From Candidatus Electrothrix yaqonensis (GTDB taxonomy: Bacteria; Desulfobacterota; Desulfobulbia; Desulfobulbales; Desulfobulbaceae), in the NCBI GenBank assembly GCA_047651235.1, contig CP178758.1, positions 3,450,001-3,482,000 on the forward strand: a stretch of 32,000 nucleotides of DNA, given 5' to 3'. This document shows positions 16,292 to 26,406 of the stretch, one piece after another. The position numbers and the translations under genes were made by a program. The notes under the pieces are model-generated. The model saw only the letters and a program-made list of their open reading frames with translations, searched no databases and was not told where the DNA came from. Numbering within the stretch: position 1 is the first letter of the stretch; each line of letters begins with the position of its first letter.

Positions 16292-17854
16292 ATGAATATC
16301 AGCAGACTGGTTGTCTATCTGGAGCTGGGTGTACTCGGCTTTGTGCTGGTTGTGCTGGCTGTATCCGCTCTTGACCGCAGCAGTAGTAGGGAACAGCGGA
16401 CCGGAGAAGTTGCCGTCCATGTTCAGCAGGAGGTGCCGGAAGAAGAGAGTCCGCCCGTGCAGCAACAGGTTGCCCAGTCTCTGCCGGAGATAGACATGGA
16501 TGTCCATGTCAAACCGCGAACACGGGAAATCTGGCAAGGCGATCTGGACGGCCTGCTGAAGCGGGAAAAAATTCGGATTTTGGTGCCGTTCTCCCGGACC
16601 TTTTTCCTTCCCGGACCTGATAACGGGCGCGGCCTGCGCTATGAGGCCCTGAAACTGTATGAACGATTTATCAACGAAACCGTCGCCCTCGGATCCGAAC
16701 AGATAAAGCTGGTTTTTCTGCTCACTCCGCAGGAACGGCTTAAGGACGATCTGCTGGCCGGTATCGGGGATATTGCAGCTGCTGATATGACCGTCATGAC
16801 CGTACCGCCTGAACAGGAAGAGCAGGAAAAGCAGATTGCATTTTCAGAGCCGCTGCGCACAGATATCAATGAAGTTGTCGTGACGGGGCGGAATGCGCCG
16901 CAGTTCAAGAGTATTTTCAATCTTTCCGGGCTGGAGGTAACAGTCCGGAAGAACAGCGGCTATATTGCAGGCCTGCAGGAACTGAACAGCACCTTAAAAT
17001 CCATCGGGAAAAAACCGGTCAAGATAACGACGGCAGATGATTTTTTTGAAGATGAGGACCTGCTGGAAATGATCAACGCTGGCCTGCTGCCCATGACTGT
17101 GATGGACAGCCATGTTGCCGAGTTCTGGGCCGGAGTATTGCATAACCTGAAAGTGCAGAAAAATATCCGCCTGCGCACAGCCAAAGAAACAGCCTGGGCG
17201 GTCCGGGCGGACAGTCCGCTGCTGAAAGAGAGTATTAACTATTTCCGGGAAAGTGTGTATCGGCCCCGAACAGGCAGTCCGCTCCTGACCGCTTATTACC
17301 GGAGCAGGGAAGGATATCTGCAAAACAATCTGAGCGGAGAGGCTGTTCAGCGGTTCAACAGCACGGTCGGCCTGCTGAAAAAGTACGGTCGAAAATATGA
17401 CTTGCCGTATCTGCTGGTTGCAGCACTTGCGTATCAGGAATCGCAGCTGGATCAGGCAAAGCGCGGCAGAGACGGTGCGGTAGGCATTCTGCAGGTCAGA
17501 CCGGCCGCCGCAGAGCAGGTCGGCGTGCGGCATATCGAGGAGCTGGAAGAGAATATCCGGGCAGGATGCAGATATCTGCGTCTACTGGCGGACAGCTATT
17601 TCTCCTCTCCGGAATTAACCCCGCTTGACCGGAATCTGATGACCGTGGCCGCATACCGCGCCGGGCCGGAGGTGGTCATGGCGGCCAGAAAAGAGGCTGC
17701 TCTTTCCGGATATAATCCGGATATCTGGTTCAACCATGCGGAAACAGCGATGTCGGTCCTGGGGAAGGAGGATATTTCCAGGTATGTCCGCAATATTTAT
17801 TTGTACATGCAGGTCTATGAAGATATGCTTGCAGAGACGGAAAACGGTCGGTAG
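16292..17854 (+). CDS. mltF: Membrane-bound lytic murein transglycosylase F-like protein (solute-binding-like domain + SLT domain)
   Basis: N-terminal TM anchor, then a periplasmic-binding-protein-like region (GDLDGLLKREKIRILVP..., AADMTVMTVP). The C-terminal SLT domain carries the catalytic motif LLVAALAYQESQLDQ and GAVGILQVRP. Confidence 0.85.
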   Translation: MNISRLVVYLELGVLGFVLVVLAVSALDRSSSREQRTGEVAVHVQQEVPEEESPPVQQQVAQSLPEIDMDVHVKPRTREIWQGDLDGLLKREKIRILVPFSRTFFLPGPDNGRGLRYEALKLYERFINETVALGSEQIKLVFLLTPQERLKDDLLAGIGDIAAADMTVMTVPPEQEEQEKQIAFSEPLRTDINEVVVTGRNAPQFKSIFNLSGLEVTVRKNSGYIAGLQELNSTLKSIGKKPVKITTADDFFEDEDLLEMINAGLLPMTVMDSHVAEFWAGVLHNLKVQKNIRLRTAKETAWAVRADSPLLKESINYFRESVYRPRTGSPLLTAYYRSREGYLQNNLSGEAVQRFNSTVGLLKKYGRKYDLPYLLVAALAYQESQLDQAKRGRDGAVGILQVRPAAAEQVGVRHIEELEENIRAGCRYLRLLADSYFSSPELTPLDRNLMTVAAYRAGPEVVMAARKEAALSGYNPDIWFNHAETAMSVLGKEDISRYVRNIYLYMQVYEDMLAETENGR

Positions 17855-17958
17855 GGTGAGGGATTTTGTACAGGAAGGGCTTGCTGTCTTGGGATGCCCC
17901 GGACATGGCTGGCGGAGAGTTGTATGCTCCCTTGTACACTCCGTGATAATTATGTTCT

Positions 17959-19191
17959 GTGACGATGACGTCTGGTGACCGCGCAGTTCTGACCGTGACC
18001 AGTTACGGCCATTTTCTGAGCCACTGCAATATGCTGGTTTTTCCGGCTCTTGCTCTGCCGCTCTCAAAGCACTTCGGCTTGGGCCTTGCTGCCACGGTTG
18101 AGCTGGGATTTCTGATGTATCTGCTCTTCGGCATCACGGCCCTGCCGTGGGGGATGCTGGCGGACAAATACGGTTCCCGGCCTCTTCTTGCCCTGTTTTA
18201 TTGCGGCGCAGGCTGCTGTGCTTTTGCGGCTGCACTGTCAACGGATTCGCCTGCTGCGTTTCAGCTGGCTCTGGCCGGAATCGGCTTGTTTTCCGGGATC
18301 TATCATCCTGCCGGGTTAGGCTGGATAGCCCGCAGTATTTCCCGGACAGCTGCCGGGATGGCGATCAACGGTATCTTCGGTAACCTCGGCCTTGCTGCAG
18401 GACCGCTGCTGGCCGGGCTGCTGAACTGGCTGTTTGACATCCGGGCCGTTTATTTCTGCATCGGAATGCTGAATTTTTCCGGTCTTGTTTTTCTCCTGCG
18501 GACCGGAAAAAAGCGGGCGCAGGGCGGTTCTTCCGAAAAAACTGCAGAAAAAAAGGGCAGAGAGAGGTTTACAGACAGGAAGGGCTTCGGTATTCTGCTC
18601 GTCTGCATGATGCTGGGCGGTATGGTCTACCGTGGTGCAACAGTTACCCTGCCTGCTTTGTTTGAACTCAATGCCTCTGCAGTTGCTTCCGGGGTCAATT
18701 CTGCGGTTAGCAGCCTGTCGCAGAACAGCGCTGTATCGGGTAATATGGTGGCCACGATGATCACGGCCTGTCTGTATCTGATCGGTATGGCCGGGCAGTA
18801 CACGGGCGGGCTGGCCGGGGAACGGTATGATCTCCGATATGGTTATCTGCTGTTTCATCTGCTGACTGTTCCGGCTGCTTTTCTGATCGGCAGAACAGCG
18901 GATTTTCCGCTGGTGCTGGCAGCAGCAGGGCATACCTTTTTTCTGCTTGGTATGCAGCCGCTGGAAAATACCCTGGTGGCCCGGCTGACTCCTTCCTGGA
19001 TGCGGAGTTCAGCCTACGGGATGAAATTTGTTCTGACATTCGGTGTCGGGGCTGTGTCGGTCAAACTGATTGCAGCTCTTGAGCAGGGGAGGGGGCTGGC
19101 AACGGTGTTTTCTGTTTTGGGAGCAGTGTCGGTGCTGCTTGTTGTGGCGATCGGAATATTGATCCGGTACACGCCCCCGATTCGATCCTGA
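17959..19191 (+). CDS. MFS transporter
   Basis: 410 aa with about 12 hydrophobic helices split by a charged central loop (KKRAQGGSSEKTAEKKGRERF). MFS-like loop motif GMLADKYGSRP. GTG start at 17959, or ATG at 17965. Confidence 0.85.
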   Translation: MTMTSGDRAVLTVTSYGHFLSHCNMLVFPALALPLSKHFGLGLAATVELGFLMYLLFGITALPWGMLADKYGSRPLLALFYCGAGCCAFAAALSTDSPAAFQLALAGIGLFSGIYHPAGLGWIARSISRTAAGMAINGIFGNLGLAAGPLLAGLLNWLFDIRAVYFCIGMLNFSGLVFLLRTGKKRAQGGSSEKTAEKKGRERFTDRKGFGILLVCMMLGGMVYRGATVTLPALFELNASAVASGVNSAVSSLSQNSAVSGNMVATMITACLYLIGMAGQYTGGLAGERYDLRYGYLLFHLLTVPAAFLIGRTADFPLVLAAAGHTFFLLGMQPLENTLVARLTPSWMRSSAYGMKFVLTFGVGAVSVKLIAALEQGRGLATVFSVLGAVSVLLVVAIGILIRYTPPIRS

Positions 19192-19252
19192 CTGATGCAG
19201 TGTCTCTTCAGTGTTCACAGAGTTCAAAGGAAAAATATAGAGGAAAGAACGT

Positions 19253-19861
19253 ATGATTATAAGCCGATACCCTGAAAAGATAAGAGAAAAAGTATTCTTT
19301 TTTCTGTCCCTGCTTGTCGTCCTGACAGCAGTTTCAGCAGCAGCGGCTGATACCAGATTTGTCCGGCCTGATATTGATATACCGGTCAGAAGAGGAAAAG
19401 GAGAACAGTATAAGATTATCAAGTTTGTCCGGGACGGCAATCAGGTTGAACTGCTGGAGGAAAGCGGCCACTGGGCTAAAGTACGGCTGGAGGGGGGCAC
19501 GGAAGGATGGATGTTCAAGCGGCATCTGGGGGAGACAATGCCTCCGGCAGAACGCCTGCAAGAATTGCAGGACAACAATACAAATTTTGAAGAGGAAAAT
19601 AAAAAACTGAAAGAGAAAATTGGAAGAATCGAGGAACTGCAGCTGGCTGCCAATGAGGAACTCGAACAGCTGCGGACTTCTGCTGAAGAAAAGCTGGCTA
19701 CCTGCGTCCGTGAGAAAAACAGGCTGGAAAGCCAGAAAAAGGTATCAAAGGAGGTAGACCGGACAATCTGGTTTCTCTCCGGAGCCGGTGTGCTGCTGTT
19801 AGGCTGGCTGATCGGCCGATACGCAGCCGGTTCGCAGAAAAGGCGCAGCAGGTTGCTGTGA
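19253..19861 (+). CDS. SH3 domain protein, YgiM/TIGR04211-like (signal peptide, SH3b, coiled coil, C-terminal TM anchor)
   Basis: Signal peptide FFFLSLLVVLTAVSAAAA. SH3b-like segment VRRGKGEQYKIIKFVRDGNQVELLEESGHWAKVRLEGGTEGWM. Coiled-coil region. C-terminal helix IWFLSGAGVLLLGWLIGRY followed by a basic tail. Confidence 0.8.
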   Translation: MIISRYPEKIREKVFFFLSLLVVLTAVSAAAADTRFVRPDIDIPVRRGKGEQYKIIKFVRDGNQVELLEESGHWAKVRLEGGTEGWMFKRHLGETMPPAERLQELQDNNTNFEEENKKLKEKIGRIEELQLAANEELEQLRTSAEEKLATCVREKNRLESQKKVSKEVDRTIWFLSGAGVLLLGWLIGRYAAGSQKRRSRLL

Positions 19862-19958
19862 GAGCAGGGATTTTTTTTAATTTTGATCTGATGATGATTG
19901 GGATAATGATTAATTCTGCAAACAACAAAGGAATACAGCTTTATATAGCATAGAAAGA

Positions 19959-20492
19959 ATGAAATTAATACGATCCACAACAATTCTGGCAATCCGCCAT
20001 AGAGGTGAGGTGGTCATGGCCGGAGACGGACAGGTTTCGCTCGGCCAGACCGTTATCAAACATAACGCCCGCAAGGTGCGCAGACTGCATCATGATCAGG
20101 TGATCACCGGTTTTGCCGGTTCCACCGCAGATGCCTTTACCCTGTATGACCGGCTGGAGGAAAAGCTGGAACAGTTCAACGGCAATCTCCTGCGGTCTGC
20201 AGTGGAACTTGCTAAGGACTGGCGCACCGATAAAATGCTGCGTCGTCTTGAGGCCATGCTGATCGCGGTTGATAAAAGCTCCTCCCTGCTGCTGTCCGGC
20301 AGCGGTGATGTGATTGAGTCTGATGACGGCGTGCTGGCCATCGGTTCTGGCGGAGCCTTTGCCCAGGCTGCGGCTTCCGCCCTCATCGCCCATTCAGATC
20401 TTAATGCCGAGACTATTGCCCGTGAGGCTATGAATATTGCCGCTTCAATCTGCGTGTATACCAATCATAATTTTATTGTGGAAAAGGTGTAG
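19959..20492 (+). CDS. hslV: ATP-dependent protease subunit HslV
   Basis: [41 protein letters not shown] and [11 protein letters not shown] are canonical HslV motifs. Six codons (MKLIRS) precede the catalytic Thr. Confidence 0.97.
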   Translation: MKLIRSTTILAIRHRGEVVMAGDGQVSLGQTVIKHNARKVRRLHHDQVITGFAGSTADAFTLYDRLEEKLEQFNGNLLRSAVELAKDWRTDKMLRRLEAMLIAVDKSSSLLLSGSGDVIESDDGVLAIGSGGAFAQAAASALIAHSDLNAETIAREAMNIAASICVYTNHNFIVEKV

Positions 20493-20578
20493 GAATATAG
20501 AGAAATATTGCACGTTGAACGGTTCTGAACTGTTCAGCATCCTGCGCCCCGAATGATCCTTTTACCTGATTATACTTC

Positions 20579-22042
20579 ATGAGTGAATTGAATTCGTTAA
20601 CACCGAAGCAGACTGTACGGGAGCTGGACCGGTATATTATCGGTCAGGATGATGCCAAGCATTCTGTTGCCATTGCTCTGCGCAACCGCTGGCGCAGGCA
20701 GCAGGTGCCGCCTCCTCTGCGCGAGGAGATCGCCCCGAAAAATATCATTATGATCGGCCCCACCGGCGTGGGAAAAACTGAAATAGCCCGGCGGCTGGCC
20801 AATCTTGCCCAGTCGCCGTTCATCAAGGTCGAGGCGTCCAAGTTTACTGAAGTGGGCTATGTGGGCCGTGATGTCGAGTCCATGGTCCGTGACCTGGTCC
20901 AGCTGGCGATCAATATGGTCAGCAAGGAAGAGGAAGAAGCCGTAACCGCCAAAGCAGCCTCGGCTGCGGAAGAGCGGCTCCTTGATCTCCTGCTGCCGCC
21001 TGCGCCGAAACCTGAGGCTGACCGGGCTGCATCAGATGGAGGAGTGGAAAAAAAGGACAATGTTATTCCGCTTGCCTGCAATGACGCCTTTGGTAAGGAA
21101 ACCTGTCTCCCGGAAAGCGATCATGCTGCAAGAAAACGCACTGATTCTGTTGAAAAAACCCGCGAAACGCTGCGGAGGATGCTGCACAGCGGTGAGCTTA
21201 ATGAACGCACGGTTGCGCTGAGCGTGACTGCCCATAAGCCGCACGGTCCGATTGTCGAGGTGTTTTCCGCCTCCGGGATGGAAGACATGCAGGCTTCCAT
21301 GCAGGATGCCTTTTCCAAAATATTTCCGGGACAGAAGCAGGAACGCAGGTTCAAGGTGCCGGAGGCCCTTGAATATCTGAAAAAGGAGGAGGCACAGCGC
21401 CTGGTGGACAGTGAGAGCGTCACGGAAAAGGCGATCCGCAGAACCGAACAGGCCGGTATTATTTTTCTTGACGAAATCGATAAGATCGCTTCACGGAGCG
21501 GTTCCGGCTCAGGCTCACCGGATGTCTCGCGGGAGGGGGTGCAGCGTGACCTCCTGCCTATTGTCGAGGGATCCACGGTCACCACCAAGTACGGGCCAGT
21601 GCGCACGGATCATATTTTGTTTATCGCTTCCGGGGCGTTTTATACCAATAAGCCATCCGACCTTGCGCCGGAACTGCAGGGCCGTTTTCCCATCCGGGTC
21701 AACCTGAACGATCTTGGCGAGGAGGAATTTTTCCGTATTCTGACTGAGCCGAAAAATGCCCTGATCAAGCAGTATACCGCCCTGATGGCCACCGAGGGAA
21801 TTGAGCTGCAGTTTGCAGAGGATGCGATCCGGGAAATAGCCAGGATTGCCGTTGAGGTGAATCGGAAAACCGAAAACATCGGTGCCCGCCGCCTGCATAC
21901 CGTGATGGAGTGCGTCCTTGAGGAACTGTCCTTTGATGCCTCGGAACGGGAGGAGCAGACCTTTATTGTCACCCCGGAATATGTCCGCAGCCAGCTCCTG
22001 GATATTTCAGAAAATGAAGATCTGAGCCGGTATATTTTGTAG
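20579..22042 (+). CDS. hslU: ATP-dependent protease ATPase subunit HslU
   Basis: [21 protein letters not shown], Walker [16 protein letters not shown], Walker [17 protein letters not shown] and the C-terminal EDLSRYIL. Its I-domain is longer than in enterobacterial HslU. Confidence 0.97.
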   Translation: MSELNSLTPKQTVRELDRYIIGQDDAKHSVAIALRNRWRRQQVPPPLREEIAPKNIIMIGPTGVGKTEIARRLANLAQSPFIKVEASKFTEVGYVGRDVESMVRDLVQLAINMVSKEEEEAVTAKAASAAEERLLDLLLPPAPKPEADRAASDGGVEKKDNVIPLACNDAFGKETCLPESDHAARKRTDSVEKTRETLRRMLHSGELNERTVALSVTAHKPHGPIVEVFSASGMEDMQASMQDAFSKIFPGQKQERRFKVPEALEYLKKEEAQRLVDSESVTEKAIRRTEQAGIIFLDEIDKIASRSGSGSGSPDVSREGVQRDLLPIVEGSTVTTKYGPVRTDHILFIASGAFYTNKPSDLAPELQGRFPIRVNLNDLGEEEFFRILTEPKNALIKQYTALMATEGIELQFAEDAIREIARIAVEVNRKTENIGARRLHTVMECVLEELSFDASEREEQTFIVTPEYVRSQLLDISENEDLSRYIL

Positions 22043-22060
22043 CGTTTTTATATGTTTGGA

Positions 22061-22090
22061 TAAACTCCCGTTCTGAGCAGCGGGAGTTTA
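22061..22090. terminator. Hairpin between the convergent hslU and gspF genes (putative bidirectional terminator, no clear U tract)
   Basis: TAAACTCCCG (22061-22070), a 10-nt loop, then CGGGAGTTTA (22081-22090), giving a perfect 10-bp stem. It lies 19 nt after the hslU stop and 30 nt after the gspF stop. Confidence 0.45.
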
Positions 22091-22119
22091 CCGGTGAATC
22101 CGAGTGAATCCTCGACAGG

Positions 22120-23352
22120 CTACTTAATGAGCTGATTCATCTCAAAAATCGGCAGCAGAATGGAAAAGACGACAAAACTGACTGCCAGTCCCATGGTCAG
22201 GATCATAATCGGTTCAATCATTGAAGTCAGAGCCATGATCGTTGTTTCAACTTCTTTTTCATAGCTGTTCGCTGCGGTTTCCAGCATCTTTTCCAGCGAA
22301 CCGCTCTGTTCTCCTACCGCAATCATTTGGATAAGCATGGGTGTGAAGTATCGGTTGCCCCGCAGAACACCGGCTAGGCTTTTCCCTTTTTCCAGCTCTT
22401 CAGCAGCCTCCTCCATGATTTTCTCCAGCAGAACATTATTAAGGATATTTTTGACAATCTGCAGAGAGGTGACCAGAGGAACGCCGGAACGCAGGAGGCT
22501 GGACAGGGTCCGGCCCAGAGTTGCCGCTGCAATTTTTATGTTCAGATCACTGAGCAGAGGAAGGGTCAGTTTCAGCTTGTCCCATATCCGGCGTCCTGCA
22601 GGCTGCTGAATAAACATCCGGATGCCGATGATCAGGGCGATGATCGCACCCACAACGAGAATCCAGTAACTCTGCAGAAAATCACTTGTTGTGATCAGCA
22701 GGGTTGTCGGCAGCGGAAGGACCTGATCCCGGTCAGTAAAAACTTTGGTGATGGACGGAACAATAAAAGTGACCAGCATAAACAGCACCCCGATACCGAC
22801 CAGGGCCATGAAAATCGGATAGATCATTGCTGCGGTAATCCGGGAATGCAGGGTCTGCTGCTGTTCGCCCACATCCGCCAGCCGTTCAAGCACCACATCC
22901 AGCGAGCCGGATGCTTCTCCGGCCTGCACCATATTGACATAAATCTTGGAAAACAGCCGGGGATGTTCTGCCAGAGATGCGGTCAATGAATTTCCCTCGT
23001 TCACTGAATCCTTGATCTGGGTGATAATGGTCTGCAGGGCTTTATTCCCTGTCTGCTCAACAAGCCCGTTGAGCGCCGGAACAAGAGGGATGCCTGCACT
23101 GAGAAGAATGGCAAGCTGCCGGGTCGCAACATGGACCTCCTGCTGTTTGATGCGTCCGCCGAACCGGACAGCAAAGGGGACTGCATTGCCCCCTCTTTTT
23201 TTTCTGCCCCGTGGAACAGTTTCTTTGATTTCTACCGGATAGGAGCCGTTCTGCCGGATTTTCTGGCGGGCTGCAGCCATGGAATCGGCATCCAGAACCC
23301 CTTTTTGTTTTTTTCCACGGGGATCAAGGGCGGTGTATTCGTAAACAGGCAT
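22120..23352 (-). CDS. gspF: Type II secretion system protein F (GspF/PilC family platform protein)
   Basis: N-terminus MPVYEYTALDPRGKKQKGVLDADSMAAARQKIRQNGSYPVEI is the GspF signature. It has two repeated T2SSF domains with three TM helices and the C-terminal LLPIFEMNQLI. Confidence 0.9.
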   Translation of the reverse strand: MPVYEYTALDPRGKKQKGVLDADSMAAARQKIRQNGSYPVEIKETVPRGRKKRGGNAVPFAVRFGGRIKQQEVHVATRQLAILLSAGIPLVPALNGLVEQTGNKALQTIITQIKDSVNEGNSLTASLAEHPRLFSKIYVNMVQAGEASGSLDVVLERLADVGEQQQTLHSRITAAMIYPIFMALVGIGVLFMLVTFIVPSITKVFTDRDQVLPLPTTLLITTSDFLQSYWILVVGAIIALIIGIRMFIQQPAGRRIWDKLKLTLPLLSDLNIKIAAATLGRTLSSLLRSGVPLVTSLQIVKNILNNVLLEKIMEEAAEELEKGKSLAGVLRGNRYFTPMLIQMIAVGEQSGSLEKMLETAANSYEKEVETTIMALTSMIEPIMILTMGLAVSFVVFSILLPIFEMNQLIK

Positions 23353-23419
23353 GAATATTATTGAATGCTCAGAAGTTATGCTGAATTCTGATGAGGACTG
23401 ATGCAGAAGGGTAACCGAA

Positions 23420-25150
23420 TTAACCGAAATCGATCTGATACAGAATATAGTAAAGATGAGTATACAGCATTGTCAAATGTTTTCTGTTCAGCTGCTTCCA
23501 CAGTTCCCCGGTCTCCCTGTCTTCCGTATTAAGCCACTGTGCCAGTAAATCAGCCCGGATGAGCAGGTGGGTTATTTTTTTTTCTTTGAGATACTGAACA
23601 ATACCATCAGCCGTCATCCCCGGCTGCTGCAGCCGGGCAAGCAGGAGTTCCCGATTTCCATGCTGATCAAACAGATGCGGCCTGTCCAGATGATATCCCC
23701 GCCAGCCCAGAAAAAGGCAGAGGACTTCTGCAGAATCCGGCAGGTTGCTGTTTGCGTACTGCAGTACCGGATATTCCTGGAGTCGTTCGGTTAAATACGC
23801 ATCCCGATCCAGGCGGCCTGTGATATAGCTGAACGGATCAACCTCTTTGAATTGTTGCCAGATATACCTACCGTTCCACGCGAACAGCAGAATCACCGGC
23901 AGCAGCAGGACCAGTTTCACCGCATGAGCCTGTTTGACATGCCGTGCCGCCAGCAGCTCCACGTTGCGCAGACCGTACATGGCGAGAATCACCAGGAACG
24001 GGACCATCGGTACCAGATAGCGGATGCGCAGTACACCGGTATTGAAAGCGTACAGGAAATACAGGAGGCAGAAGGTCAGCATGGCCAGTTGTTCAAGGCG
24101 GACCTTGGGGGCTGTTTTTTGCAGGTAAAAGAGGAGGACAAGGGGCAGGAGCAGCAGAAATGGATTTAGGCGGCCGTCAAAATACCGGGGGTCACCGTCC
24201 TGTCCCTGAAAAAATATCCTGGCTGGCAGGAGCAGCAACTGCCAGATATTCTCACCGTACAGGACGTACCGTCTGGCAAAAACTCCCCGGACATTGCTGC
24301 TTTTTTTCTTCCCGTCTGTTTCACCTGCTTCTTCCGCCTGTGTGCCGGTTTGCTGGTCCTGCTGCTCTGCTGATGCGGCTGTGCGGCTGAAGAATCCGTT
24401 ATACAGCGGATAGATCGGATTGCCGGTCCAGAGAGCATTTCTGATCATCCACGGCGAAGCGGCAAGTAAAGTGGCAAAACAGAAGAGTACCGCTGCCTTC
24501 ACTGCCGGAAGCGCTGCTTTCTCTCTTTGCTCCTGACTCCGGATAAACAGTACCGGCACCATGAACGTCAGGATAAAAAGCACCAGCAGGCCGTTGTATT
24601 TTGTGCCGATGCATAGGCCGCAGCAGACACCTGCTGCCAGCAGGATACGTACCTTTTTCGTTTCCAGCCACCGGAAGAGCAGAAGCAGGGAGGCGGTGGT
24701 GAAAAAAACAAGACCAAGATCAACATAAACTGTGATGGAGAGCTTGACGATGATCGGGATGCTGAGAAAAAAAGCTGCTCCCAGTATGCCGTAGGCCGAG
24801 GATAAGCGTTTTTTCAGATGCAGATACAGCAGCAGAGCCGTGGCCAGGCCAAAGGCCATATGGATATATTTCGGCAGAATATCGCTGCCGAAATATAAAG
24901 CCCCCATGTAGAGCAGGTCCAGATTCATGGGATAGTAAGAAAAGACCAGCTCCGGAATTTCGTACATACCGCCGTGCTGCAGGTACAGCTTGGGAATCTG
25001 GAGATGATGAATCAGGGCATCCCGGCTGAAGGGCGGGGTAAAGGCCAGAAGCAGGAGACTGACAAGGGTTGCACCAAGAACAGTACCTGCCAATGTATCT
25101 GCTGGTACAGAACCTTGTCTAATCTTTTTTTTGCGGGCTACTGAAGACAC
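23420..25150 (-). CDS. Glycosyltransferase family 39 (ArnT/PMT-like) polytopic membrane protein
   Basis: 576 aa with about 11-12 TM helices and a GT-C type layout, with GTKYNGL and a conserved periplasmic loop near the N-terminus (DALIHHLQIPKLY). The C-terminal ~150 aa are soluble. GTG start at 25150, 2 nt after the upstream stop. Confidence 0.75.
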   Translation of the reverse strand: MSSVARKKKIRQGSVPADTLAGTVLGATLVSLLLLAFTPPFSRDALIHHLQIPKLYLQHGGMYEIPELVFSYYPMNLDLLYMGALYFGSDILPKYIHMAFGLATALLLYLHLKKRLSSAYGILGAAFFLSIPIIVKLSITVYVDLGLVFFTTASLLLLFRWLETKKVRILLAAGVCCGLCIGTKYNGLLVLFILTFMVPVLFIRSQEQREKAALPAVKAAVLFCFATLLAASPWMIRNALWTGNPIYPLYNGFFSRTAASAEQQDQQTGTQAEEAGETDGKKKSSNVRGVFARRYVLYGENIWQLLLLPARIFFQGQDGDPRYFDGRLNPFLLLLPLVLLFYLQKTAPKVRLEQLAMLTFCLLYFLYAFNTGVLRIRYLVPMVPFLVILAMYGLRNVELLAARHVKQAHAVKLVLLLPVILLFAWNGRYIWQQFKEVDPFSYITGRLDRDAYLTERLQEYPVLQYANSNLPDSAEVLCLFLGWRGYHLDRPHLFDQHGNRELLLARLQQPGMTADGIVQYLKEKKITHLLIRADLLAQWLNTEDRETGELWKQLNRKHLTMLYTHLYYILYQIDFG

Positions 25151-25152
25151 GG

Positions 25153-26334
25153 CTATTTCTCTGCAGGAAGTTCTATGATGTTTTTTAATATATCCGGTGG
25201 AATATTGCCCTGATACACTTTGCCGTCAATCAGGAAGGCCGGGGTTCCGGTTATTCCGAGTTTCATGCCCCGCCAGATGTCCCGGCGCAGCATCTCCGCA
25301 ATACCGGGATGGGTTAACGCTGCTGCCATCTCATTTTTATCCAAGCCGGTTTTATCGGCCAGTTCCTGCAGAGGGATTTCCTGTATTTTGTTGCGTGCCA
25401 GCCTATACAGCAGATCGTTCATCTGCCAGAATTTATCCCGTATCCCGGCAAGAATGGCAATCTTGGCCAAGTTACCTGAGCCTTCATGAAAAGGTTCAGG
25501 CACAGCTTGCGGATTGACAGCGTGGTCCATAGGATAGTTGCGGTGAACCAGGCGGAGTGTATCTGGATGCTCCTGCAGGAGCTGACGAAGAAGAAAATGC
25601 ATTTTTCCGCACTGGAAGCACATGTAGTCGGAAAATTGCGTGACAGTTATTTGAGGTTCTTCAGCTCCTATCCAGGGGTGTCCATCGTCGGTCAGACCGT
25701 GGGAAAGCCCGCTGATATCTGTTTCATCTGAGGACAGGAGCCAGTAACGGGGCAGAAAAAAGTACAGGAGCAGGGTGCCGATGATAAATATTGAGGCAGC
25801 AATGCCGTAATTACGCAGCAGTATATCTTTGCTGCCCGGTTGACGGCTGACCCGGTCATCTGTCAGAGCGGCTTCTTTGCAGCGTCGTTTGCCTATCCAG
25901 CAGATGCAGGTGAGCGTAAAGGTAATAGCGTAAATGGTGAGACAGACAATGCAGAGCGATTTGATTTTCCACACAGCTATGCCTGCAAGGGCAAGATTTC
26001 CCGCTGATGCTGCAAGAGAGATAAAAAGGAAACTGCGCCATGCCTGCATAGTCCGATATTTCTCTGTCACCAGAAGAAGGAGAAAGAAAAGATAAAAAAG
26101 AGCGCCCCACCAGCCGACCGGTATATTAAAAATAATTGACCAGGGGCTTTGCGCAACCGTATCACAGTTGATCGCCCTGCTGATGGCGCAGAAGCTGCTG
26201 TAGAGCGGATCGGTGTAGTTTTTATAATGGCTGTGGGCGGAATAAAGACAGGCCGCCAACCCGGTTATTGCAATTAAACATGCCGTCAGCCAATATCGGA
26301 ACAGAATATTGTTGCTTTGTTTATTCTTACGCAT
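25153..26334 (-). CDS. Vitamin K epoxide reductase (VKOR) domain fused to a DsbA-like thioredoxin-fold domain
   Basis: The N-terminal half has a 4-5 TM VKOR domain, with loop cysteines FCAISRAINCD and the membrane CxxC motif LCIVCL. The C-terminal half is thioredoxin-like, with FSDYMCFQCGKMH (CxxC) and GTPAFLIDGK. Confidence 0.85.
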   Translation of the reverse strand: MRKNKQSNNILFRYWLTACLIAITGLAACLYSAHSHYKNYTDPLYSSFCAISRAINCDTVAQSPWSIIFNIPVGWWGALFYLFFLLLLVTEKYRTMQAWRSFLFISLAASAGNLALAGIAVWKIKSLCIVCLTIYAITFTLTCICWIGKRRCKEAALTDDRVSRQPGSKDILLRNYGIAASIFIIGTLLLYFFLPRYWLLSSDETDISGLSHGLTDDGHPWIGAEEPQITVTQFSDYMCFQCGKMHFLLRQLLQEHPDTLRLVHRNYPMDHAVNPQAVPEPFHEGSGNLAKIAILAGIRDKFWQMNDLLYRLARNKIQEIPLQELADKTGLDKNEMAAALTHPGIAEMLRRDIWRGMKLGITGTPAFLIDGKVYQGNIPPDILKNIIELPAEK

Positions 26335-26406
26335 TGTCGTGCAGATGGATCATATATTTTTTTTTGATTACCTCGCTGGCGCCTTCCAACCAGCGGGGCG
26401 CAACAG

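Noticed and set aside
19959-19976. Six-residue extension (MKLIRS) before the catalytic Thr of HslV, as a possible novel propeptide
   Set aside because: Short N-terminal extensions before the TTI motif are known in non-enterobacterial HslV/CodW homologues, so this is not unusual.
26370-26398. Hairpin CGCTGG-N10-CCAGCG after the PEP-enzyme gene as a terminator
   Set aside because: The stem is only 6 bp with a 10-nt loop, and an A tract rather than a U tract follows on the transcribed (minus) strand.
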